DNA of 64,000 nucleotides from Alphaproteobacteria bacterium (GTDB lineage Bacteria; Pseudomonadota; Alphaproteobacteria; CAJXXZ01; 1604HC): NCBI GenBank assembly GCA_023898705.1, contig CP060235.1, positions 235,701 to 299,700 of the forward strand, read 5' to 3'. Shown piece by piece: positions 10,494 to 20,074 of this stretch (position 1 is its first letter; each line of letters starts with the position of its first letter). The notes under the pieces were generated by a model. It saw only the letters and a program-made list of their open reading frames with translations, ran no database searches and was not told where the DNA came from. The position numbers and the translations under genes were made by a program.

Positions 10494-11240
10494 ATGTTTT
10501 GGTGTGTGATGAGTATGAATGATAATTCGTTTTTAATTAATGTATTTTATGAATTTATATATGAAGCTCTAAAATTTAAAGAAATGATTTTATTCAATAA
10601 AACTTTGTTGAATGCTAGAGAAATCCAAGATGTTTTAACAAAGATGATATTCTATAAAAAAGAACTTGCCTTGCAAGAAGGTAGTTTAATTGAAGCAGCA
10701 TACTTAGAACTCTCCTATATTATGACTGTTTTAGCAGATGAGCTATTTATAAATTTGGACTGGGAACATCATGATGAATGGAAAAGTTATAATATGGAAA
10801 CGAAGATTTTTAATACTCATATAGGTGGTGTGAAATTATTTAATAATATAGATAGATTTTTAATATCAAATAGTTCATACAGGATCTGTATAGGATCAGC
10901 GTATTTACTGTGTCTTGGGTTAGGATTTAGAGGGCAATACAGGGGAGTTGATGATCATGGCAAGATTGCAGAATATAAAGTGAAGCTTTTTGAAATGATT
11001 TATCATAAACGTCCTAGTTTGGAGTACGGTAATTTTGATTTGTTTCCTGAAGTGCTAAATCATACAATTACGCGAGTAGAATCCAAAAGATTAAGTAGTT
11101 ACAAAATCTGGGGCATTATACTGGGGTTTGTGTCGATTACATACGTTTGTATGAGTTATTTTATTTGGCATGAAGGTGTCAAACCAATTACCCACATAGT
11201 ACATATGATTGAAAGAGAAATACAAAATGCTACAAAATGA
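10494..11240 (+). CDS. tssL: Type VI secretion membrane protein TssL (DotU/IcmH family)
   Basis: 248 aa. The DotU-like cytoplasmic domain carries ELSYIMTVLADELF and LLCLGLGFRGQYRG motifs. A single C-terminal TM follows (IWGIILGFVSITYVCMSYFIW). It lies immediately upstream of tssM and overlaps it. Confidence 0.75.
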   Translation: MFWCVMSMNDNSFLINVFYEFIYEALKFKEMILFNKTLLNAREIQDVLTKMIFYKKELALQEGSLIEAAYLELSYIMTVLADELFINLDWEHHDEWKSYNMETKIFNTHIGGVKLFNNIDRFLISNSSYRICIGSAYLLCLGLGFRGQYRGVDDHGKIAEYKVKLFEMIYHKRPSLEYGNFDLFPEVLNHTITRVESKRLSSYKIWGIILGFVSITYVCMSYFIWHEGVKPITHIVHMIEREIQNATK

Positions 11241-14200
11241 TTTGTTTTTGACATTCTTAATTGGAATAGTCTCAGCTGCTGCTTTTTTACTACTAAGTAA
11301 AGTATATGGATTGTTACCACACATAGTAGAATTTATAAAGAAGATAATTTTGTTTTTATCTAATAAAGTAACATTTTTATTTGGCAATTTAAATAAAGTT
11401 ATGAATAAAGATTTAAATAAATCGTTTGAAGAAAATATGCATTTTTTATATTCTCATTTTCAAACGGACGATTTTAAATATAAATTGCCTTTTATACTAT
11501 TTTTGGGTATAGAAAAATCTGGTAAGACAGAATTAATCAACAGTTTAAAACTAGATACTTTAGTCAGTGATAAAGATGATAAAAATAAATTGTGTAGCTG
11601 GTACTTTTTTACTGAAGCAGTTTTGTTAGAAGTGAATAGTGCAATATTTTCTGACAAAACCATGGATTTATCTGGTACTAATTATGAGTGGTATAAATTG
11701 CTTGATTTATTTAGTTACCACAGACCTGAACGACCAATAGATTCAATAGTTTTAACAATATCTATTGCACAATTATACGAGGAAAATGAAAATTTAAGTG
11801 AAATAGCAGAACATTACTACGTTAAATTAGTACAAATACAAAAGAGGTTTGGCGTTAATGTTCCAATTTATGTAGCGTTTACTTACAGTGATTATATACC
11901 TGGTTTTGCAGATTTTACTAAAGTTTTATCTTTTGAGGTTCAATCGAAAATTTTTGGTTGGTCAAATCCTCATATGTCATCAACCATTGATAGTGATTCG
12001 ATTATTAATGATGCATTTGAGGGTATAGTTAATAGAATTTGGGCTATACAACATGAAATTATGGTGAACGAAGATTTATCTGAAGCTGGAGTTTTTTCTT
12101 TCCCAATTGAGTTTAATAAATTAAAACGCAAGATAGTAGATCTACTATTTTATATTTTTAGATATAGTGAAATTAATGATAATTTTGTGTTCAGAGGATT
12201 TTATTTCACAGGTTCTGCTACAAATAATTTATACAGCAACTACGAGTTTAAGGAAATTTTGCGTAGTGTTGAGTTTGGTCAACTGACAAAACATGCACAA
12301 ATTTCTGAAAGTAATTTAATTTGCTTCTTTAATGACTTATTTGTAAAAAAGATTTTAAAGGAAAAAGGCCTTACCATACCATTATCATCAAATATATTTA
12401 ATAATTCCAGGAAAGTTCGTTTGATACAATATTTGGTTCTCGTGGTCATGTGCGGTGGCGTAATTAATTTGGGTTATCACTACTTAACTATTAAGAATGT
12501 CTCTTCATCGATGACAGCTGAATTATCTAAAATTAGGGTAGCTGTCTACAACGCAAAGCTTTTGTATGATGGCGTATATGATGAATTGGACCATAAAATA
12601 TTTGAAACACAAGCCTTAGCATTGATAAACGCAATCAAGAATATAAAACCTAATTCTCAACTACTTTATTACTCTCTTCCTCCTTCTTGGTTTTCTGGAG
12701 CGCGTTACGATGTGAAATTATTATTGGCTCATGCGTATGATTTCGTTATATTTAAGTTTATAAAAAATAAGATCAAATCTGATGTTGATGTGTTGTTAAC
12801 TTCAAATGTAGGTGAATGCAGAACAGATAATTTTGTCAGTGTTGTTAATTCTCAAAAATTTTGTCAATTAAGGCATTACATAGAAGAAATTACTAAGTTA
12901 GAACAGGTACAATTGCAATTGAATAGAGTCTCGTACCTATATAATATTTATGATTTGAATTTGATTACAGAAAAATTATTTAATATGTCAATTACTGATT
13001 TGTTGTTGCAGAATAAACATGTATTCCAAGATATTATGAAATTATCTGATGTTCATGTTCAAAGCTTAGATATACATAAGACGCAAGTGATTCGAAAAGT
13101 TGAAGATTTATTTGCCCAATTTGTGAATCACGCTCTTGTGTATGACAATATCATTCCATACATATCATATATAGAGAAAGCCTTACTATTATTAGAAAAA
13201 GGAGAATATCAAAATGTGGAAGTGTTATCAGGATACATAAATCAATTAGCTACTTTTGTGCATAGTAATGAAATTAATTGGTTTTTTAATGATCCACATT
13301 CTTTAGGTGAAAAATTGAATGAACTGTTGTATAGAGTGCAAGACAGCTATATTTTGGGAACAAATATGGCTAGATATATGAAACAGGAAATTGAGAAGAA
13401 AGTTCATTATTTAAGACAAAAATTGATTACTCATAGTTTGCCTATTTTGGGAGTGATATTTGCCAAGACAGGCTCAGGATCAATCATTTTTTCGTCTTCA
13501 TTTAATGAGTTTCAGGGGATAATTAACTTCTTATACAGTAAGGATTTTATGAAAGATCTAGGATACAGCGAATCGGATAAATTAAGCTCCGAATTGTTAA
13601 AGTGGGATGTTACAAAATTGGCTAATGCGATGAATATTATAAAGTCATTTAATCAATTTAATGATGATATGGTACTGTATAAAGATCAAAAAACAAAGAA
13701 GATGCTTACTAATATAGCCTCAATTAGTGTGGTAAAACAGGTTACATCACTGGTGATCGATAGCCAGACTGATTTAACAGATTTAGTCTCAGAAGAGCAA
13801 GTCTTATTGGATGTATCAACCAATTTTTATAATGCAACATTAAATTTAATAAATATTTTGAACTTTTTGAAAGTTGCTAATTATAATTTTTTCACAGAAT
13901 TAAAGGATGTAATATTAAAGCAAATTATGTCCTATTTATCCAAATTGGACCTTATTTTGAACGAAAGACAATTATACGATATTGCTCATTCAGCTTTTTT
14001 TATTGGTAAAAGTAACAATATAGATAAGGAAGGGCTTAAAATTTACATCAACAGGCAAAGAGAGCAAATATTTTATTTGGTTGGCATTGCTAAGCCTTTT
14101 ATTGAGTTTTTGAATAAAATTGAACATATGGATAAAAGTATGACCAACAAAACTTATATTAAGTGGAAAAAGATAGTGTCTAACACTAAAAAATATGAAG

Positions 14201-15000
14201 AAGGAAAAGAGAATAGTTTGCAATTGTTGGAAAAACTTATAGAAGATTTAACAGTTGCTAAAAATGTAGAGTGCTTTAGTAAATCAAATGAGGTTGATGT
14301 CAATGACTATTTTGAGAACATAACAAACAAGGTAATGAATGTAATTCATGAAAAATTATGTCGTGAACAATATACGAATCTCAGAAATAATTATAAAAGT
14401 TTTATGGACTATTTTGATCAGTATATCAAAAATAAGTTCCCATTTAATAAGCATTCAACTATTGATATAAGTATTGTAGAGGCCAAAAAAATGGTAGCGT
14501 TATGGAAAAAGATTAATTTGAATGAACAGGCTGTAAAGGTTATAGAAAAGCATAACGATATAACTTTTCTACATTTTATCAAAAAAATGAATAAACTTAT
14601 GCCATGGATTGAAGCTATGTATGATGATTCGAAATCTATATCAGCTGTCATTACAATGCGTACGAATAGAGATAAGGAACATTTGGCTGATCATTTGTCT
14701 GTATGCCAGCTTCAGGTAGGAGATCAAATTATAAGTCAGAATGAGTCAAAGGAAGTTAAAATTGGAGATACTAAATTAAGGTTAACTTTAAACCTTTCAA
14801 AAGAAACTCCATATCATTTCCACGATGGTAAAACTTATGAGTTTAATGCAAGCGGTTTCTTCAATGTCATGAGATTATACAATAAATTTCAAGTCTCAGA
14901 TGATAAATTAAAGATAATTGTACCAGTTTGTAAGGGTAATTTAATAGTTTGGGCCGATATTATTTTTAGTGGAAATATTCTAAAGAGCGATTGTATTTAG
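11209..15000 (+). CDS. tssM: Type VI secretion membrane protein TssM (IcmF family)
   Basis: 1263 aa. N-terminal TM helix, then PFILFLGIEKSGKT (Walker A), CSWYFFTEAVLLE, PIDSIVLTISI and PIYVAFTYSDYIPGF, in the order seen in IcmF/VasK proteins. A third TM lies near residue 400, followed by a large periplasmic domain. Confidence 0.8.
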   Translation: MKEKYKMLQNDLFLTFLIGIVSAAAFLLLSKVYGLLPHIVEFIKKIILFLSNKVTFLFGNLNKVMNKDLNKSFEENMHFLYSHFQTDDFKYKLPFILFLGIEKSGKTELINSLKLDTLVSDKDDKNKLCSWYFFTEAVLLEVNSAIFSDKTMDLSGTNYEWYKLLDLFSYHRPERPIDSIVLTISIAQLYEENENLSEIAEHYYVKLVQIQKRFGVNVPIYVAFTYSDYIPGFADFTKVLSFEVQSKIFGWSNPHMSSTIDSDSIINDAFEGIVNRIWAIQHEIMVNEDLSEAGVFSFPIEFNKLKRKIVDLLFYIFRYSEINDNFVFRGFYFTGSATNNLYSNYEFKEILRSVEFGQLTKHAQISESNLICFFNDLFVKKILKEKGLTIPLSSNIFNNSRKVRLIQYLVLVVMCGGVINLGYHYLTIKNVSSSMTAELSKIRVAVYNAKLLYDGVYDELDHKIFETQALALINAIKNIKPNSQLLYYSLPPSWFSGARYDVKLLLAHAYDFVIFKFIKNKIKSDVDVLLTSNVGECRTDNFVSVVNSQKFCQLRHYIEEITKLEQVQLQLNRVSYLYNIYDLNLITEKLFNMSITDLLLQNKHVFQDIMKLSDVHVQSLDIHKTQVIRKVEDLFAQFVNHALVYDNIIPYISYIEKALLLLEKGEYQNVEVLSGYINQLATFVHSNEINWFFNDPHSLGEKLNELLYRVQDSYILGTNMARYMKQEIEKKVHYLRQKLITHSLPILGVIFAKTGSGSIIFSSSFNEFQGIINFLYSKDFMKDLGYSESDKLSSELLKWDVTKLANAMNIIKSFNQFNDDMVLYKDQKTKKMLTNIASISVVKQVTSLVIDSQTDLTDLVSEEQVLLDVSTNFYNATLNLINILNFLKVANYNFFTELKDVILKQIMSYLSKLDLILNERQLYDIAHSAFFIGKSNNIDKEGLKIYINRQREQIFYLVGIAKPFIEFLNKIEHMDKSMTNKTYIKWKKIVSNTKKYEEGKENSLQLLEKLIEDLTVAKNVECFSKSNEVDVNDYFENITNKVMNVIHEKLCREQYTNLRNNYKSFMDYFDQYIKNKFPFNKHSTIDISIVEAKKMVALWKKINLNEQAVKVIEKHNDITFLHFIKKMNKLMPWIEAMYDDSKSISAVITMRTNRDKEHLADHLSVCQLQVGDQIISQNESKEVKIGDTKLRLTLNLSKETPYHFHDGKTYEFNASGFFNVMRLYNKFQVSDDKLKIIVPVCKGNLIVWADIIFSGNILKSDCI

Positions 15001-15073
15001 GAATTGAGTATAGGGTAACTTATAACTTAACTATCTTAAAAAATGTATAGTGGAATTGAAGGAGTGTGTGAGT

Positions 15074-15907
15074 ATGTACCAAATGAGTGACGCCTATAAA
15101 GTGATTGACAATCCGATAGATGATATTAACTATACTAACGCTTTTTTACAGTTAGAAACTATTATGAATTCTCCTAATGACACATTACCCAAGGGAATTT
15201 GGAGTACTTCCAAAGTGCAAGATTATCAAAGTGCTGAACAAGATTGTTTAGAAATTTTATCCACGCAAAAGAAAGATATACAAATTGCAGTTTGGTTAGT
15301 ACAAATAGAATTTTGGTTGAAGAAAGACATAGTTCAAGCTATCAAAATTTTAGACTACGTGTTTGAGAATTATTATGACTCAAATGAGTTGGCATTTATT
15401 AAAAAATCTTTTATTAATTTGAATAAATTTCTGAATATCACTCTGCCAAAGAGTATTATTGTCTCAGGTAATCAAAAAGATGGATATACTTTTTTGGCTG
15501 AACAAAATAGAGTTACTTCAATTGATGCAAATGTTAAAAGTGATCAGGATTTGTGGATTAACTTGCTACATACTTTATTGTTAAAAGTTCAAGCCAAAAT
15601 TGGTGAAAATTTATCTTGTATTGCAATACTTGAAAAGTACAAGTTATTACATTCTGTTAATGAGAAAAGTGATTATGATGATATGGTTGAAAACAGTAAC
15701 ATACAATCTTCACAGTTGGTTAATATTAAATCTCGGCATGAAGCGTACTTAATTATTAATGAAGTGATGAAATATTTGCAAAAATATGATCAGCATAGTG
15801 CTACTCCATATTTGTTGAAAAAAGCTTGCGAATGGGAGAATAAATCATTTGTAGATATTCTCAATGAATTTAATGATCCCATAATAATGAAAAAGATATT
15901 TTCTTAA
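15074..15907 (+). CDS. tssA: Type VI secretion protein TssA (ImpA family)
   Basis: ImpA_N-like N-terminus (DINYTNAFLQLE...DYQSAEQDCLEILSTQKKDIQIAVWLVQ) and a C-terminal SRHEAYLIINEVMKYLQKYDQHSATPYLLKKACEW motif resembling the EPHSP-type ImpA C-terminus. An AAGGAG SD lies 9 nt before the ATG at 15074. Confidence 0.65.
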   Translation: MYQMSDAYKVIDNPIDDINYTNAFLQLETIMNSPNDTLPKGIWSTSKVQDYQSAEQDCLEILSTQKKDIQIAVWLVQIEFWLKKDIVQAIKILDYVFENYYDSNELAFIKKSFINLNKFLNITLPKSIIVSGNQKDGYTFLAEQNRVTSIDANVKSDQDLWINLLHTLLLKVQAKIGENLSCIAILEKYKLLHSVNEKSDYDDMVENSNIQSSQLVNIKSRHEAYLIINEVMKYLQKYDQHSATPYLLKKACEWENKSFVDILNEFNDPIIMKKIFS

Positions 15908-15963
15908 AACCATAAAAGCTGAGAATTTTTATCATGTGAACATTTTTCAGATATCTCATTCTA

Positions 15964-16422
15964 TTATTTGGGACATACGCAATTTTGATGCTTTGAAGCA
16001 GAGCAACGAGCTATGACATCAACTGTGTCATGTAAAACATGCCCATTATGTCCCTTAGTCCAATCAAATTGTAGTTTTAGATTTGGAATTTGCTTGTCCA
16101 ATATAGTCCATAAATCTTTGTTTTTGACAGGTTTCTTAGCACTTGTCAGCCAATTATTTTTCTTCCAAGTATGTATCCACGTTTGGATGCCTTTCAGTAC
16201 ATATTGACTATCCATGGTCACTACTAGCTCTTGATCTATATTTAATTCGTTAAACCCAGCTAATCCATTAATTAGTGACTGAAGTTCCATTCTGTTATTG
16301 GTTGTACAAACATCAAATCCAGATTTTACTATTTTCACATCTCCATCTGTCAATATAAAAGCCCATCCACCCATTCCCGGGTTTCCAATGCATGAACCAT
16401 CAGCAATCAATTGCCAACTCAT
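15964..16422 (-). CDS. rnhA: Ribonuclease HI
   Basis: 152 aa. Motifs DGSCIGNPGMGGWA, TNNRMEL, TMDSQYV and WTKGHNGH. Confidence 0.92.
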   Translation of the reverse strand: MSWQLIADGSCIGNPGMGGWAFILTDGDVKIVKSGFDVCTTNNRMELQSLINGLAGFNELNIDQELVVTMDSQYVLKGIQTWIHTWKKNNWLTSAKKPVKNKDLWTILDKQIPNLKLQFDWTKGHNGHVLHDTVDVIARCSASKHQNCVCPK

Positions 16423-16745
16423 AAATACTTAACCATGAATTTATTATGCCAAAAAATGTATTTTATTTGTATTGTACAGTGTGCAAATTTTGGATTGGTT
16501 TTTATCCACCAATAATAGGTTCTTGTTAATCTTGTTTCTAGTTTTTTATTAATGATTGCATAGGCATCATCTAGCTTTTTTCTAAATTTAACTTCATGTA
16601 CAAAAATCACATTTCTTCTGTAAGAAATGATGTCTATCTCTCCAACAGGTGTTTTATATCTCCATGCAAGAATTTTATGACCCTTAAAAAATAGACATAT
16701 GATGGATAAGAATTCATAAAATAACCCTTTGATGTAGGAAGTCAT
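16419..16745 (-). CDS. yraN: YraN family endonuclease (UPF0102)
   Basis: 108 aa. The GEIDIISYRRNVIFVHEVKFRK core is typical of UPF0102. Overlaps rnhA by 4 nt. Confidence 0.8.
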   Translation of the reverse strand: MTSYIKGLFYEFLSIICLFFKGHKILAWRYKTPVGEIDIISYRRNVIFVHEVKFRKKLDDAYAIINKKLETRLTRTYYWWIKTNPKFAHCTIQIKYIFWHNKFMVKYL

Positions 16746-16815
16746 AGTAAAATCATAATCCTCTGCGATAAAAAATTATAGAGATATTTTCATAACTCAA
16801 AGCTTTTTATAGATC

Positions 16816-17313
16816 TTAATCTTTGCTTGTAGCCATGAAGGAAGATTCTGCTACTTTTTGATTATTTACGTAACACTCCCCATAAAATTGAAAAATGGGT
16901 GTCTTCATGAGAGTCTTAACTATAATAATCTTGACTAAATCATTAGGAATTACAGGTTTCCTAAATTTTGCCTGTTCGATCTTCATAAATGCAACGCCAC
17001 CAGGTACTTTTTGATTTTGTGCCTTGTTAGAATAAGCAACACAAAACGCAGCTAATTGGGCCATTGCTTCTACCAAAATGACTCCTGGTACAACCTTAAA
17101 ATTCGGGAAGTGGCCACGAAAAAAGTCCTCGTGACCGAATTTTCTATACCCAACTGCACCATTAAATACATCAACCAAATCGACACAATCCAAGAATAAG
17201 AAAGGATCCCTATGTGGTATCAAATCTTCAATTACATCCTTATCTAAAGGACAGTCATTATGTTTAGTGAAAGTGAATTGGTCTAAATTAGTGTAACCAC
17301 TACTCATCTGCAT
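16816..17313 (-). CDS. fabZ: 3-hydroxyacyl-ACP dehydratase FabZ
   Basis: 165 aa. Motifs PHRDPFLFLD, FRGHFP, PGVILVEAMAQ and a hot-dog fold C-terminus. Confidence 0.93.
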   Translation of the reverse strand: MQMSSGYTNLDQFTFTKHNDCPLDKDVIEDLIPHRDPFLFLDCVDLVDVFNGAVGYRKFGHEDFFRGHFPNFKVVPGVILVEAMAQLAAFCVAYSNKAQNQKVPGGVAFMKIEQAKFRKPVIPNDLVKIIIVKTLMKTPIFQFYGECYVNNQKVAESSFMATSKD

Positions 17314-17965
17314 TCATTTCAGTAATGATTGCATCAGTTACATCATCAACAATCGATTCATCATAAGCAATGACAGCTATACCTAACGGCAATATCATAA
17401 CATATCCCTTTTGCTTCAGTATACTTTTAGCTTTTTCTTGTAACTTATCTCTGATCTGTCTGATTGTTGATTCTCCTATAGACTTAAGCTCATTTTCTTT
17501 TATGTTAACTTCTTTGTTAAATGCTCCTACTTTGTTAGCAAGATCATTTAGTTTTTTCTTTAGTGAGACAAGCTCAGCCTCTACAGATTTAATCTTAGCT
17601 TCAATCTCATTACGTTCAGCAACACTAGCTACCTTTGCCTTTTTACTTTTCAAGCTCTCTAATTGGTCTTCTTTGTTTGCTATTTTTTCATTGAGGTCTG
17701 ACAAATCAGCATCTAACTTTTTACCTTTTGTTTCCCACTCAGCTTTATATTCTGAAGCCATTCTTTCAAGCTTTTTATTTGCATTTCGGTATAATTTCGA
17801 TGCTTCTATAATTTTTTCAAAATCTAATACTGCGTACGCGCCCTTTTTGCTTTTTTCACTGACGACATGGCTAACATTTGTCTTTATTTCTTTATCTGCG
17901 TTTAAAGCACTAAAAGTAACTAGCAAACAGCAAGATACAAACAAGTTTTTCAAGATCATTGACAA
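17300..17965 (-). CDS. skp: OmpH/Skp-like periplasmic chaperone
   Basis: 221 aa with a signal peptide and a K/E-rich coiled-coil body. It lies directly upstream of fabZ, the conserved proteobacterial context. Confidence 0.75.
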   Translation of the reverse strand: MSMILKNLFVSCCLLVTFSALNADKEIKTNVSHVVSEKSKKGAYAVLDFEKIIEASKLYRNANKKLERMASEYKAEWETKGKKLDADLSDLNEKIANKEDQLESLKSKKAKVASVAERNEIEAKIKSVEAELVSLKKKLNDLANKVGAFNKEVNIKENELKSIGESTIRQIRDKLQEKAKSILKQKGYVMILPLGIAVIAYDESIVDDVTDAIITEMNADE

Positions 17966-18041
17966 CCTTCCTTTATAAAGAGACTAATGTAAACTTTCTC
18001 AAATTGAAATACTTTTCAGTAAGAAATTAAAATAATTTTGC

Positions 18042-18650
18042 ATGGATAAATGTGATTTTTATGATAAACTTTTGTTTATGAAACCTCAATTAATATTGTG
18101 GGATTGGTTAGGTACTATAGAGATTCCTAATAATGCTAAATTTTATGTGCGTAACAAGTTGATGAGAAAGTATTTAAATGTGCATTTTGAAGCTAATCAA
18201 GAGGAAGAATTTAAAAAGTATTGGAGACAGATCTCTAGTGCTTCTCAAACGGCTATAAATGCTCAGTCTATAAACGAAATAGAAAAATCTGGACCGTGGA
18301 TCGCTCCATACGCTATTGCGTTAATGAAATATTTTAAGCAGCATTGTATTCCACAGTGTGTCGTAAGCAATGGCAGTAGCCAGGAGATTATTCGTAAATT
18401 ACAAGATATGAAATTAGATTATTTTGATGAAATTATAGGATCTGATAAGCAATTTAGACCTAAACCAAATCCTAATTCAGTTTTGCATTTAGCTAAAAAA
18501 TACAAAATTATAGAAACAGATAGGATTTGGATTATAGGTGATTCAGATCAGGATATGGAATTTGCTATGCATGCGAGAGCTAAAGGTATTAAAGTGGATG
18601 GTGGATTAGAAACTGTATGGAGTGTCATTAAGGAAACGGATTTTTCTTGA
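18042..18650 (+). CDS. HAD-superfamily hydrolase (phosphoglycolate phosphatase-like)
   Basis: 202 aa. Motif II VVSNGS, a Lys motif, and motif IV IIGDSDQDMEFA. Motif I is degenerate (LILWDWLGTI). Confidence 0.7.
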   Translation: MDKCDFYDKLLFMKPQLILWDWLGTIEIPNNAKFYVRNKLMRKYLNVHFEANQEEEFKKYWRQISSASQTAINAQSINEIEKSGPWIAPYAIALMKYFKQHCIPQCVVSNGSSQEIIRKLQDMKLDYFDEIIGSDKQFRPKPNPNSVLHLAKKYKIIETDRIWIIGDSDQDMEFAMHARAKGIKVDGGLETVWSVIKETDFS

Positions 18651-18835
18651 TTTAGATTATTAAATCAAGTTTTATATCACATTTTCTGAAGTGCTGTTTT
18701 TTATTTTCCAAACCATCACTTTTTAATAAATGTTTTTTGACGATTTAGCATTGTTGTTTTGTTTTTTCTTATAGTGATTTTATTTAATCTTAATCGCGTT
18801 AGACTTTTAATAGTATCTGAGATATTATTTCATAT

Positions 18836-19171
18836 ATGAATGATGATAGTAAGGTGAAAGTTACATTTGTGTTTCCTGATGAAAGTGAACAAGAGTGTGA
18901 GGCAGATATTGGAGATACTCTTTTGCATGTAATTAGAAATAACGATATACCTATACCTTGCTCGTGTGGAGGGGCTCTTTCTTGCTCAACATGTCATGTA
19001 ATTTTAGATAAAAGTACTTTTGACTTACTTGAATCTAAAGGAGATATTGCTACGGATGATGAAGAAGATTTATTGGATTTTGCTTCTGGGCGTAGAGATA
19101 CTTCTCGATTAGGATGTCAAGTCAAAATTTCTCCCGATATGCAAAAGGTAAAAGTAATTATCCCAAAGTAG
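18836..19171 (+). CDS. fdx: 2Fe-2S ferredoxin (adrenodoxin type)
   Basis: 111 aa. Cys ligand pattern CSCGGALSCSTCHV ... SRLGCQV. Confidence 0.9.
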   Translation: MNDDSKVKVTFVFPDESEQECEADIGDTLLHVIRNNDIPIPCSCGGALSCSTCHVILDKSTFDLLESKGDIATDDEEDLLDFASGRRDTSRLGCQVKISPDMQKVKVIIPK

Positions 19172-19174
19172 GAA

Positions 19175-19987
19175 TTGGTTGTGTCTTCTAAATTTAAGAT
19201 AATTGGCAACGGAGCTTTTGGTCGAGCCTTAAGTTATTCTTTATTGAAGCATGGTTGTCTTATTGATGAGGTTGATTACAGGTATATTATTCCAGCTGTT
19301 CCATCTTATGCGGTTGTTGATGTTTTAAGTGATTATTGTTTAGATGGTCGTACTGTTATTTTTGTTTCTAAAGGGCTTATGAGCGATGGTAGGTTACTAG
19401 GAGAGTGGGCAAATGAGAATAATATTGATTGGGCAGTGTTAGCTGGTCCGCATTTTGCCAGTGAAATCATACAAGGTTTGGATACTTTTTCAGTCTGTGG
19501 GTATGAGAAAGAAATAAAAGAATTGAAAAATGTTAAAAACCTGAACATTACCTTTTTGAAGGATAAGTTAGCAATACAGTTGCTTGGAGTTTTGAAAAAT
19601 ATCTACGCATATTTTTTTGGAATTTTACATGCTCTTAATGTGGGAAAAAATTTTACATCAGCATTTTTTTTGATGATTATACAAGAAATTATGAATATAT
19701 TTAGTGATTTAAGATTTGAGCGTGATACAATTTTTAGTCATGCTGGTTTGTCAGATTTGTTTCTTACTTGTACAAGCTATGAATCAAGAAATTTTCAATC
19801 GGGTTGTAATTTGATTCAGGATAAGGAAGATATTGCTTTAGTTGAGTCAAAGCATTCTATTGTGTTATTTGAAGGGAGAACGAATGGGAAATATCCAATT
19901 TGTCATTTTTTGTATCAGGTATCTCAAAATTTATCCAAAGATATAAAAAGTAGCTTATATAATTTAGCTGGTAAGTTAAATGTTTAG
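19175..19987 (+). CDS. gpsA: NAD(P)H-dependent glycerol-3-phosphate dehydrogenase (short form)
   Basis: 270 aa. Motifs IIGNGAFGRALS (dinucleotide fold), VSKGL, LAGPHFASEI, LKNIYA and SRNFQSG. Confidence 0.75.
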   Translation: MVVSSKFKIIGNGAFGRALSYSLLKHGCLIDEVDYRYIIPAVPSYAVVDVLSDYCLDGRTVIFVSKGLMSDGRLLGEWANENNIDWAVLAGPHFASEIIQGLDTFSVCGYEKEIKELKNVKNLNITFLKDKLAIQLLGVLKNIYAYFFGILHALNVGKNFTSAFFLMIIQEIMNIFSDLRFERDTIFSHAGLSDLFLTCTSYESRNFQSGCNLIQDKEDIALVESKHSIVLFEGRTNGKYPICHFLYQVSQNLSKDIKSSLYNLAGKLNV

Positions 19988-20074
19988 CATGGATTACAAC
20001 AATGAGATTTCTAATTGTAGCCTAAAAAACAAAAGAAATTGAAATGCGTATTAATCATTTAGCAAGGCATTGCC

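Noticed and set aside
17370-17978. A 202-aa plus-strand ORF that covers the skp gene almost completely.
   Set aside because: It is the antisense shadow of a K/E-rich coiled-coil gene. Its translation is S/F/L-rich low complexity with no motifs, whereas the skp frame has a signal peptide and the conserved context with fabZ.
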